This document shows, piece by piece, positions 1 through 10,606 of a stretch of 32,000 bases of DNA. Below the pieces are notes generated by a model that was not told where the DNA came from, did no database searches, and saw only the letters and a list, made by a program, of their open reading frames with translations. The position numbers and the translations under genes are program-made. Source of the DNA: Mycoplasmoides genitalium G37 (lineage in GTDB: Bacteria; Bacillota_I; Bacilli_A; Mycoplasmatales; Mycoplasmoidaceae); assembly GCF_000027325.1 (NCBI RefSeq), contig NC_000908.2:210001-242000 (forward strand), given 5' to 3'. Position 1 is the first letter of the stretch. Each line of letters opens with the position of its first letter.

Positions 1-390
1 TTGATTAAAATTTATGCAAATACTGCGGTTAAATACCAAGGTTTTAAACCTGAAGTAGTTGCTAATAAACTAAAAAAGACCCAGTATCAAAAATCATTGT
101 CACACATCATTGCTATCCCCCATTTTTATGCAGGTAACTTCTATGTTTACAAGTATGCCATTGGCCAAGTTGCAGGTATTTTAGTAGCTAAAAAAATTAA
201 TAGTGGTGATAAAAAGATGAAAGATAATTACTTTAAATTCCTCAGTTCAGGTTCTAGTTTAGCGCCACTTGAAACCATTAAACTCTTAGGGATTGACCTT
301 ACTTCACCCCAACCCTGACAAGAAGCACATAACGAAGTAAAGCGTTGGCTTAAAATTGTGAAACAAAGCTTTAAAAAACTCCAAAAATAA
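1..390 (+). CDS. pepF: Oligoendopeptidase F (PepF, M3 family), C-terminal part; start lies outside the window
   Basis: Open frame 1 from base 1; the TGA at 316-318 is read as Trp and the true stop is TAA 388-390. Protein YKYAIGQVAGILVAKKI...FLSSGSSLAPLETIKLLGIDLTSPQPW resembles the C-terminus of PepF-family peptidases. Confidence 0.85.
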
Positions 391-1344
391 GTGCACCATT
401 TTAACCGCGCTAAAAAGGCCAAGAATAACGAGTTTTTTACTTTAATTGATGAGATTGAAAACGAAGTAATTAACTACCAAAAGCAGTTTGCAAATAAAAC
501 CATTTTTTGTAACTGTAATGATGGTAAAAATTCCCATTTTTTTCAGTTTTTTCAAACTAACTTTAACCAGTTACAACTAAAAAAACTCATTGGGTTTAGT
601 TTTAATAATCTCTCACAAGCTGACAAGTTCACTTTTGATGGAAATAAAGTAACTAAAACCAAATTAAAGGGTAATGGTGATTTTAGTTCTGATGAATCGA
701 TTGAAGTGTTAAAACAAGCAGATATAGTTGTAACAAATCCACCCTTTAGTTTGTTTCAAAGTTTCATTGATCTGTTAATACAACACAACAAGCAGTTTCT
801 GGTTTTAGGGTTAAATGCAGCAGTTAGCTATAACCATATTTTTACCTACTTTAAAACTAACAAGTTGTGGTTTGGCTATACCGTTAATAAAACAATGAGT
901 TTTTCAGTTAACAGTGACTATCAACTTTATAACCCCAAAACTAGTAACTTTTTTACAAAAAATGGCAAGTGTTTCCAAAAGATAGCAGGTATCTCTTGGT
1001 TTACTAATTTAGGAAAACCACATTATAACCCCTTTTTAAATACCAACTGTTTTTATAAAAACAACGAAAAAAACTATCCCAAGTTTGATTGGTATGATGC
1101 TATTTATGTCAACAAGATTAAAAACATCCCTATGGATTGAAATGGATTGATGGGAGTTCCTTTAACCTTTTTAAACTGTTACAACCCCAAGCAGTTTGAA
1201 TTAGTTGATTGTCTTGCTAACCCTTATGCTACCTTAGATACATTAAAAACAAATGCCTTTGTGAAATTAAATCAGGGTGATGTGAGAAATGTTAATGGTA
1301 AAAGAAGGTATGTAAGGGTAATAATTAAAAAACAACAAATTTAG
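391..1344 (+). CDS. Adenine-specific (N6) DNA methyltransferase, apparently orphan
   Basis: GTG start directly after the pepF stop; ORFs 391-1140 and 1147-1344 are one frame joined by a TGA(Trp) codon. Catalytic motif IV-like ADIVVTNPPFSLF. No neighbouring restriction endonuclease. Confidence 0.85.
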
Positions 1345-1443
1345 TTTTTTCAACATTTAACAACTCTGTTTTTACAAAAGTTAGCTTAATTTTGCTAAAT
1401 TGTTTTTTGATAGCACACTGCTGTCAACGAACCATGTTGATAA

Positions 1444-3549
1444 ATGAAATTCAAACTATTTTTTTTATCAAGCAGTGTGTTGGGTCCAATTGCCCTATTT
1501 ACAACTGCTTGTAGTGCTGTTTATAGGTTTGATCAAGTTGATGATGGCAAGATTAAACTAGCAACTGTAACTTCAGCTTCCGCTAGTGGCTCGCTTACTA
1601 CTATCATCAGTAAATATAATTCACAAAAAGATCCTAATGATTATCCAGTGGAACTGGTTTCACTTGATAGTAGGGGCAGTTATTCTAATGGCAAAAAGGA
1701 TCTGCAAGCTAAACTGCTAGCTAAGGATAAAAATAACTTTTATAACCTTACTTTTAACTATAGTGATGTAGTTTCAATCCTCTCAAGAAGCCAGATGGAG
1801 TTGAGCTTTGATACGGTTGATACTAGTAATTTTGATCCTAGTTTTCTTAGTTTTAACAATAATATTTCCAATGTTAATCCAAATAGCATCTATGCTTTAC
1901 CTGCTACTGTATCAGGTGAAGTTTTAGTTTTAAATGGACCGGTGTTACATTACATTTTAAGTAGTGCTAAAAAAGATAGTAACACCACCCTTTCAACCCA
2001 TTCAGCTAGCAATAATAGCAATAAGGGAACAATGGTTGTTGCTAGTGATAGTGAAACATCAAGTTTATGAACTAAATTAGAAGCTGCAGCAAAAATGAAT
2101 GCTCAAACTAATGAAACCCAAGTTTTAAAAAGTAATTCATCAGAATCTAACCAAACCCAAGCTAGTGATACAGAGATTAAAAAGATTTGGGGTGATTATC
2201 AAGAAGTTGATGGAGGGTTGAAAAATTACACCTTTAAAGCTAGTGTTTTTAACAATTGAAAAGACCTAAATGACTTTGCCACCAGGATTGCAAAATCCTT
2301 TACAAAACTGCAAACTACCACTAAAAAAGGGGAGGAAGTACAAGCTGTATTTGGGATTGGTAGTTTGGAAAATGCCTTATATACTGCTTTATTTGCTTCT
2401 GGAAAAGCTGATTACAATAACTTTCTTTTTAACATCAAAAACCAGCGAATTAATTTCAGTAACTTTTTTAATAAATCCTCAACTGCATTTCAAAACCTTA
2501 AAACTATCTTTAACAGCTTCAAATCCTTAATTGATCAAAACGGTTTAATCTCAAATGCACACTTTAACACCCCAGTTAATGACTATGCTAAGTTTAACCA
2601 ATTAGCTTTTTACACCTCTTCAACTGCACGCTTTCCCTATTCATTTGCAAGTGATAGTGTAAAGCGTTTAATAGTTAATGACAAGACAATTGAAAACAAA
2701 AACAATAAGAGTGTTTTTGAGGTTAATTTAAGTAGTGATAGTGATAACAACAGTAACCTAATTGGTACTGTATCACTGGAAAATAGTAAACAAGTTTCAC
2801 TCTATGAAAAGCAAGTGGATAGTAATAAACAAATTGGTGTTGATGCTTTGTTAATCAAAGATGAAACTTTAATCAACCATCTTAAGAGTTTAAAATCGCA
2901 AGTTAGTGCAAAAAGTGCTAGTGAAACTTCCCAAACAAAACAAAACAAAACCTTTTTAGCATTTACAACTGTGAATGCAGATCAAAAAGCAATCTTTGAT
3001 GTTGGTAAACTTAATGGCAAAACTGCCAAAATCATTATTAATGCTACTGAAACAACTAATGCTAAGATTAGCACCTTACAAGAAAAAGAGGCAATAGTTC
3101 TAAAAGCACCCCAACGCTTTGAGAGCACTGATCCATTTCCTATTGCTTTAGTGCAAGGTCCTAGTTTAATAGGGATCCATGCAAATGAAAGAGAGGATAT
3201 TGAAACCAAAAAGTTTGTGAATTGGTATCTGAATACTAAAGTCCAATGGGAAGAAAATTCTATTAAAACTCCTGCAGAATATGTAGCTGATAAAGCTTCT
3301 TATCTTTTACCTTTTAAAAATAGGCTAAATAATACTAACAGTTACAATGAGTTTGTTAAAACTGCAGTTAGTCAGTTTGCTGATAAAAATGTAACTAAAT
3401 TTGCAGAACCTGCTGATTTTTTATCCAACAAAGTACGTGATGGTGTTAAGAGTAATTTAAATGCTGCAATTAACAACCACAGCATTGATTTTGATAGTTT
3501 TATCAATGATTTAACAGACTATCTTGGTAGTGATGTTAAAAACATCTAA
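1444..3549 (+). CDS. Large membrane lipoprotein of the mycoplasma lipoprotein family (MG185-like)
   Basis: ATG 1444; signal peptide and lipobox [23 protein letters not shown]; ORFs 1444-2070 and 2365-3549 are in the same frame with TGA=Trp; 701 aa. Confidence 0.85.
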
Positions 3550-3584
3550 TAATTTATTCCCCCAACCTCTATTTTCTGTTACTA

Positions 3585-4571
3585 GTGCCTAAGGTGGTAG
3601 TGGAGTATCACAACCTGAATAACCAAGTAGTCAAAGAGAGTTTGGAAGTGGAATCTTCTTCCTCTTTCAACCCCACCCAAAGGTTGCAAAAAGATAGTCC
3701 GGTGAAGGATTCAAACAAAGACAGTGAGAAACTCGAAACAACTGCTTCATCGATGAGTAGTGGGGCTACATCTCCTCGCAAGGCCCTTAAGATAGAGGTG
3801 GAGAAAGGCAGTAATGTCAATCAAGGCGAACTAGCAAAAAACGACTTTGCTAAAAAGCCACTGAAACATAAGAACAGTAGTGGGACAGAGGTGAAGTTAG
3901 CTGCGAATGGGGAGTTTGCAGGAGACAAGGCCTGAAAACCATTGTTGACTACCGAGCAAATAAAAGATAATAGGGGGATGGGGGCTTTCTCCAACTCCCC
4001 CTCCCCTTCAACTTCCGCTTCCTCAACCCCCCTCCCCACTTTTTCTAACATCAATGTTGGGGTTAAATCAATGATCACTCAACATTTAAATCAGCAAAAC
4101 ACCCGGTGGGTGTTTATACCTAACTTTTCACCTGACATCTGAACAGGAGCAGGTTATAGAAAAGCTAATAACAACAATAACGGCATTCCTTTTGAACAGG
4201 TGAAACCTAGCAATAGTAGTCAACAGTTTAATCCCAATTCAGATGATAATAAAGTCACTCAAGGTGGTGGCTCCCCAGCCAAAAAAACAACGTATGACAA
4301 TTTACCAAACTCCATCAGTCCCACCAGTGACTGGATCAACGCATTGACTTTTACTAATAAGAATAACCCGCAGCGCAATCAACTGTTGCTCAGAAGCTTA
4401 CTAGGAACTATCCCGGTCTTGATCAATAAGAGTGGAGGAAGTGGGAATGAGTTTACCCATACGAGTGAGCAGAAGTGGGATAAAACGAATGAAAAAGATG
4501 GGAATTTACCTGGGTTTGGGGAGGTGAATGGTGGTTTTATTATGTTTTTATCAAATCTTTATTTACTTTAA
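3585..4571 (+). pseudogene. Open reading frame across the B+EF blocks of the first MgPar; intact in code 4 (possible GTG start), probably silent donor sequence
   Basis: ORFs 3585-3935, 3942-4142 and 4200-4571 are all frame 3, separated only by TGA codons; protein matches MgpB ([21 protein letters not shown]...; [30 protein letters not shown]). Confidence 0.6.
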
Positions 4572-4624
4572 TAGTTAAAAAAGTTTTGAATTTTTCTTAG
4601 TTTTTTATTTGTTTAATATTTAAG
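4571..4624 (+). repeat. AT-rich ~50-bp spacer repeat, copy 1
   Basis: atagttaaaaaagttttgaatttttcttagttttttatttgtttaatatttaa; near copy at 4691-4743 and at about 20498-20550. Confidence 0.8.
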
Positions 4625-4690
4625 AAAGTCTCAAATTTTTATCAGTTTATTGGTCAAAGAAGTCGCAAATTTTCTTAATTTATTTATTCA

Positions 4691-4743
4691 ATAGTTAAAA
4701 AAGCGTTAGGTTTTTCTTAGTTTTTTTATTTGTTTAATATTTA
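4691..4743 (+). repeat. AT-rich ~50-bp spacer repeat, copy 2
   Basis: atagttaaaaaagcgttaggtttttcttagtttttttatttgtttaatattta, closely related to 4571-4624. Confidence 0.8.
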
Positions 4744-6015
4744 AAAATTTCTTGATTTTTATCCTTAATTTAATTAATAAAACCTTTACCCCTATTATCA
4801 CAAACCATCCATAACACCAACCTGTTTGTGTTGTTCAAGTCTAGGGATGTAAAAGTTAAGTATGAGTCAAGTGGCAGTAACAACATTAGTTTTGATTCAA
4901 CTAGTCAAGGTGAAAAACCATCCTATGTGGTCGAGTTTACTAACTCTACCAACATTGGCATCAAGTGAAGCGTGGTGAAAAAGTATCAGTTAGATCTACC
5001 AAATGTTACCAATGAGATGAACCAAGTGTTGCAAGAATTGATCCTAGAACAACCCCTTACCAAGTATACCTTAAACAGTAGTTTGGCTAAACAAAAGGGT
5101 AAAACCCAAAGGGAGGTGCATCTCTCAAATTCAAATCAGTGACAATCGATGCGTAATCAACATGACCTAAACAACAATCCCAGCCCCAATGCTTCAACTG
5201 GATTTAAATTAGACAAAGGCAATGCATATAGAAAACTAAGTGAATCCTGACCAATTTACCAACCAATTGATGGGACCAAGCAGGGCAAAGGGAAGGATAG
5301 TAGTGGGTGGAGTTCAACAGAAGCAACAACGGCAAAAAATGATGCGCCCAGTGTTTCTGGAAGTGGAACATCAGACACCGCTTCAAAATTCAAAAGTTAC
5401 CTCAACACCAAGCAAGCGTTAGAGAGCATCGGCATTTTGTTTGATGGAACAACGGCGAGGAATGTGGTTACCCTCCTTCCTCTACTTTCAACCCAACAAG
5501 GTGAAAAGTGGTCAATATCAACAAAATAACACCTACAACAAGTTAATTGAACCGGAAAGTGCAACAAGTGCAGCGAGCAGCATGACCAACTTGTTAAACA
5601 TGTTGTCTAGTAAAAACATCAAACAGAAGTTGGGGAAGGGGGGAACAGCAATGCAGGGAAGTTTCAGTGTCCAAGACACCTTCAGCTTTGTTGTTCCTTA
5701 TTCGGGGAATCATACAAATAGTGGAACAACTGGACCCATTAAAACTGCTTATCCGGTGAAAAAAGATCAAAAATCAACTGTCAAGATCAATTCCTTGATC
5801 AACGCTACGCCGTTGAATAGTTATGGGGATTTAAATAATCACACCAAGTTAATTTACCCAAATTATTTACTTATTTATTAACCATTGTTACCCAATTTTT
5901 CAACCACTTCCCCACTCTATAAATTGTTATTTTTTAACAATTTGAACAATTAAATTGCAAAAAATAACTATATTAATGTAAATTTAGCTAACAAGCTTAA
6001 CTGGTTGTTTTTGAG

Positions 6016-6768
6016 ATGAAAGGGTTTTTAAAACCAAATTTCTCGCTCGGTGCTTTGTTTTTAACTTTAAGCCCCATAGCCACTGCATGCATTGCTGAAA
6101 AACCAGTTAACAACCGCTTTAACTTTAATAGCGAGCAATTAGCTAGGCTAAGAAAAGCAAGGGTTAACCACTGAAGAGATGGGGATACTTTGGAAGTTAG
6201 CTTTGCAAATAACCACCAAAAACCGATCCGTATCTATGCCATTGATACCCCTGAAAAAGCAGTTTTATCTATACAACGCAAATCAGAGATAGAACTTAAA
6301 GAAGCTAATAAAGCAACTGAGTTTGCCAAAAGCTTAATTCCCATTGGTAGTGAGGTGTGGATCTGACCACTAAATAGCTATAGCTATGATCGTGAAGTAG
6401 CTGCAGTGTTTTTCAAAACCAATCCATTGCAACTGCACTTTGAATCGTTTGCAGTTGAAATGGTAGCAAATGGTCATGCTTTACCTATTGCTGGTAATGA
6501 CTTTGATTTTGTTTTTAGTGATTTGGACCCATTTAATCCCCTAAAAATAGTAGGGATTGAACTAGCTAATGGTTTAAACAATGCTTTTAACAACAGAAAA
6601 AACATCTTTAGTTATTTAGAAAACAGTTTTCAATCAATAACAATGGTCTATCAACAACGCGGTGTTGACCAAAGTTGAACAAGGTATTTAGCTCCTAGTA
6701 ATGATTTTTCCTCTACTAAACTGGGGTTGGGATTAACCATCTATGAATTGAAACTAAACAATGGCTAA
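6016..6768 (+). CDS. Membrane lipoprotein nuclease with staphylococcal nuclease (thermonuclease)-like domain
   Basis: ATG 6016; lipobox ..LSPIATAC; SNase-like core WRDGDTLEVSF...PIRIYAIDTPE; ORF 6406-6678 is the same frame; ends TAA 6766-6768. Confidence 0.85.
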
Positions 6769-8518
6769 CAATAAGAGTGCAATTGAGTTGAAAAACATCG
6801 TTGTTGATTTTGGTGAATCAGTTGCGATTGACAACATTAACCTTAGTGTTGAAAAACACCAACTAGTTAGCTTACTTGGTCCTAGTGGTTGTGGTAAAAC
6901 CACTACACTTGCAGTTATTGCAGGACTTATTAAACCAACTAGTGGTCAGGTGTTATTTAATGGTTATGATGTCACCAAAAAACCACCCCAAGAACGTAAA
7001 CTAGGGCTAGTTTTTCAAAACTATGCACTTTATCCGCACATGAATGTGTTTGAAAACATTGTTTTCCCCCTCTACAGTGATAACTCGTGAAAACAAGCAG
7101 TTTTGGAAAAAAACAGTGTTGCAAACCATGAGATTAACTGTTTGTTACTTACTAGCAACGGTGCATCAGTTCAAGAGATTGATCAGCTCAATAAGTTATT
7201 TCATGATAGTATTGAAAAACCCAAACAGATCCAATACCAAATTAATGACCTTAATGTTAGTGTTTTTAAAAACTTAAATGAACTAACTGCAAACCTTAAG
7301 TTAATACCAAGTAAGCACCAGTTTGCTATTACCAATCTCAACAAACAAACTCTAAAACAGATTAATGAACTGGAAGCTGAGTTTAAAACAAAGTGAAAGT
7401 TACAAAAACAAACCCCAATTAAGAGTGGGGTTGAACACAATGCCAAACTCCAAGCAATTAAACAACACTTTAGTTATGAAAAACAACGGTTAAAAAAACA
7501 CTATTTCAAAACTAAAGTGGAACTAAAACAAACCCTTGTTGAAAACCTTAAGTTAGTTAAAAAAGCGATTAGTGAACAAACTAAGTTAATTAAACAGAGT
7601 AGTGATTACACTAAGTTAAAGCAATTAAAACGGTTAATTAAAGTTGAACCTAACCAACTCAAAAAACAATATAAGGTTTTTCTCAATCAGTTAATTAAAA
7701 ACTATTCACTTAAAACTGATAAGTTAACTGATACTCAACTTAATGAAATTGAACAGATTAAAACCAGAATTGTTTCAATAAAACAGTTTATCAACAAAAC
7801 TGCACTTGAAGTAGCTAACAAACTAGCGATTACCAAGATTTTAACCAAACGCCCTGATAAGATTTCTGGTGGACAACAACAACGCGTAGCAATTGCTAGA
7901 GCAATTGTCAGAAGACCTAAACTATTGTTAATGGATGAACCACTCTCTAACTTAGATGCAAAGCTAAGGGTACAGACAAGACAGTGGATCAGACAGTTTC
8001 AACAGGAGTTACAAATTACCACTGTTTTTGTCACCCATGACCAGGAAGAAGCGATGAGTATTAGTGATGTCATTGTTTGTATGTCAACTGGAAAAGTGCA
8101 GCAAATCGGCACACCCAGTGAACTTTATTTAAAACCTGCTAATGAGTTTGTTGCGCGCTTTTTAGGCACCCCTGAGATGAACATCATTGAATGTAGTGTC
8201 AAAAACAACCAGTTGTTTTGAAACAACCATCTGTTAGTTACTGAGAGTTTTAAGCTTAATGTAGAGAAACTCTTAGTTGGGTTTAGGTATGAACAACTAG
8301 TGGTCACTACTAACAAAAGTAGTTTGCAAGCTAAACTAATTAACATTGAAAACTTAGGTAAACACTTAGTTGCTACCATTAGTTTGTTTGATACCACCTT
8401 ATCAATGCGCTTAGAATTGAATAGCCACTTAAAAGTAGGTGATAGTTTAAATTTCATTATTAAAGCTAACAACCTCCATTTTTTTGATATTGATACAAAA
8501 CAACGGATTGAGATTTAA
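6761..8518 (+). CDS. ABC transporter ATP-binding protein (MalK/UgpC-like, sugar or glycerophosphodiester type) with large internal insertion
   Basis: Walker [11 protein letters not shown]-loop region [22 protein letters not shown], signature [15 protein letters not shown], Walker [15 protein letters not shown]-loop VTHDQEEA; ORFs 6761-7090, 7103-7396, 7517-8221 and 8300-8518 share a frame with TGA=Trp; 585 aa. Confidence 0.92.
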
Positions 8519-8520
8519 CA

Positions 8521-9510
8521 ATGTTTAAGTGGTTATTAAAACATCATAATCAACCTCATAGCCTCCAGTTAGGGTTACTAGACCAACCATTACCGTTCTG
8601 AAAGCCCTTTTTGTTGTTCCTCCCTGCGCTTTTAACAACAATTTTGTTTACCATTATCCCCTTCTTTTTAAGCTTACAGAAGGGTTTTAGTGCTAACAGT
8701 GATCTGTATGATCTCTCCTCCCAATCCTTTAGTTTACGAACCTTTCAGGATCTGTTTAGTGAATCTAACTTTGTGTTGGGCTTACGCAATAGTTTTCTCT
8801 ATTCACTAATCTCTTTACCCTTTAGCATTATCATTGCTATTGTTATTGCCAGTGCCATAGTATTTGTGTACAAAAAATTGTTAAGAGGGTTTTGACAGAC
8901 CGTGTTTTTTTTACCCTATGTAACTTCAGGGGTGGCAATCTCGATTGCCTTTGTATATATCTTTGATTCTGCCTCTGGTATTTTAAACACGGTGTTTAAT
9001 GTCAACACCAAGTGGCTTGATTCAGGTTCACGTGATACATTTAATGCCTTGTGGGCTATCTTAATCTTTGGGGTGTGGAAAAACTTGGCATTTAATGTGT
9101 TGATTATCTCAACAGCAATGTTAAGTGTTAATCCCCAACTTTACAAGGTAGCAAGTTTAGATAGTGCCAATCCTGTAAGACAGTTCTTTAAGATTACTCT
9201 TCCCTCCATCCGTCCTACTTTAATCTTTCTTACTACCCTTTTAATCTTAGGGGGGATGCAAGTCTTTCCGCTGGCTTTGTTTGAAAACAAACCTGAAGAA
9301 GCGGTTGCTAATGGGGGGAATAGTATCTTGCTTTACATCTTTCAACAGATCCAAAGTGGCAATACTAACTTAGCAGGTGCTGCTACTTTAGTGTTGTTTG
9401 TGTTGGGAGTTTGTTATGGGTTAGTGTTACGTAATGGCTTTTATCTGATTGAATGGTTGCAGTGAAAAATTAAACAGCTTTATGTTCAAAAACAACTTAC
9501 GCTTTACTAG
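8521..9510 (+). CDS. ABC transporter permease (MalF/UgpA-like)
   Basis: ATG 8521; ORFs 8611-8895 and 8902-9465 in frame; TGA at 9463 is Trp and the stop is TAG 9508-9510. Multiple hydrophobic segments; EAA-loop-like YKVASLDSANPVRQFFKITLPSIRP. Confidence 0.88.
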
Positions 9511-10438
9511 TTGAATTAATCAACACAAGTTTTACCAACTTGATCTGAGCTTAAAAACCCGCTCGATCAAACAAATTGTTTTAACGTTGGTTTTCAAAAC
9601 ATTGGTATTGGGGTTTTTTGGGTTAATTGTCATCTTTCCCTTTTATCTGATGGTTGTGGTTAGTTTTGCTAGTGATGAAAGAGCATTAGACACAAGAACC
9701 CCAATCCTTTGACCTGATAGTTGAAACTTTGATAACTTTAGTAGGGTGTTAAGTGATGGGAAATATCTCAATGCAATAGTTGTCAATACTTTAGTAACGG
9801 TACTTTCAGTGTTACTAACATTGTTTTTTACCATTTGCATGGGTTATAGTTTTTCACTACGGAAGTGAAAATACAAAAAACTGGTGTGGTTTTTCTTTCT
9901 TAGTGTGTTAATACTGCCTGAGTCTGCGCTTTTAATTGGTCAGTATCGGATTGTAATAGTTGCTAACTGAAATAACCCCAACAGTCCCTTGATTGTTCTG
10001 GGACTCATTATGCCCTTTGTTAGCAGTGTTTTTAGTGGGTTTATGTACCGTACTAGCTTTGAAGCCATTCCATCTCAATTAAAAGAGTCAGCACTCATTG
10101 ATGGGTGTAATGGCTTTAACTACTTTTTGAAGATTGCTTTACCAATGGTGAAATCTACCAGTTGAACAGTGGGGATTTTAACTGCATTTAGTGCTTGAAA
10201 TTCCTATTTATGACCATTACTGTTGTTGGGCAACAGGGTGGATTTAAACATTAACTTGTGGGTGTTACAACAAGGGATCTTGGATGCTAACAGTAGTGAT
10301 GAACAGATCAGAACGCTGTTAAATCTCAAGATGAGTGCAGCGATTCTAGCTATCCTTCCGATGTTTATTATCTACTTTTTGTTCCATAAAAGGATTATGA
10401 ATGCCATTAAAAACAGAGCCAACACCATTAAGGGTTAA
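9482..10438 (+). CDS. ABC transporter permease (MalG/UgpE-like)
   Basis: ATG 9482, 318 aa in code 4; EAA-loop ESALIDGCNGFNYFLKIALPMVKS; repeated TGA(Trp) codons split it in the ORF track. Overlaps the upstream permease by 29 nt. Confidence 0.88.
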
Positions 10439-10439
10439 T

Positions 10440-10598
10440 ATGCAAAAGTTTAAACAACTGGTTGGTGCAATGCACAGATGGGTAAAACTAGCACTATTAG
10501 TAATCATTGTGTTATTAGGGATTATCTTTTGTCTGTTTGCCATCTATGACATTGCGCAAGTGATCATTACCATTATCAATGAAGGGGCACTTTTATAA
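10440..10598 (+). CDS. Small single-pass hydrophobic membrane peptide (52 aa), candidate gene
   Basis: ATG directly after the permease stop; MQKFKQLVGAMHRWVKLALLVIIVLLGIIFCLFAIYDIAQVIITIINEGALL; 8 nt before mgpA. Confidence 0.6.
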   Translation: MQKFKQLVGAMHRWVKLALLVIIVLLGIIFCLFAIYDIAQVIITIINEGALL

Positions 10599-10606
10599 TC
10601 TTTGTT

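Larger units (their letters stand above)
3556..5829 (+). repeat. MgPa repeat (MgPar) donor cassette, mosaic of mgpB and mgpC variable regions
   Basis: Near-identical blocks: 3556-3985 ~ mgpB 12150-12585 (region B); 3985-4535 ~ mgpB 13880-14446 (EF); AT-rich spacer 4545-4790; 4801-5470 ~ mgpC 16109-16778 (KL); 5470-5659 ~ mgpB 14873-15056 (G); 5650-5829 ~ mgpC 17269-17443 (M). Confidence 0.92.

Noticed and set aside
1134-1146. Apparent frameshift/split of the methyltransferase into two ORFs
   Set aside because: Both ORFs are in the same frame and the break is TGA, read as Trp in this genome; the same applies to most multi-ORF genes here (lipoprotein, ABC ATPase, mgpB, mgpC, pheT, grpE).
1381-1398. 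Terminator between the methyltransferase and lipoprotein genes (TTAGC/GCTAA)
   Set aside because: Only a 5-bp AT-rich stem; too weak to call without transcript data.
5240-5881. ORFs 5240-5422 and 5441-5881 as novel proteins
   Set aside because: The first is an off-frame reading of mgpC-KL sequence; the second mixes G and M donor blocks and AT-rich flank. Best explained as non-expressed cassette DNA.
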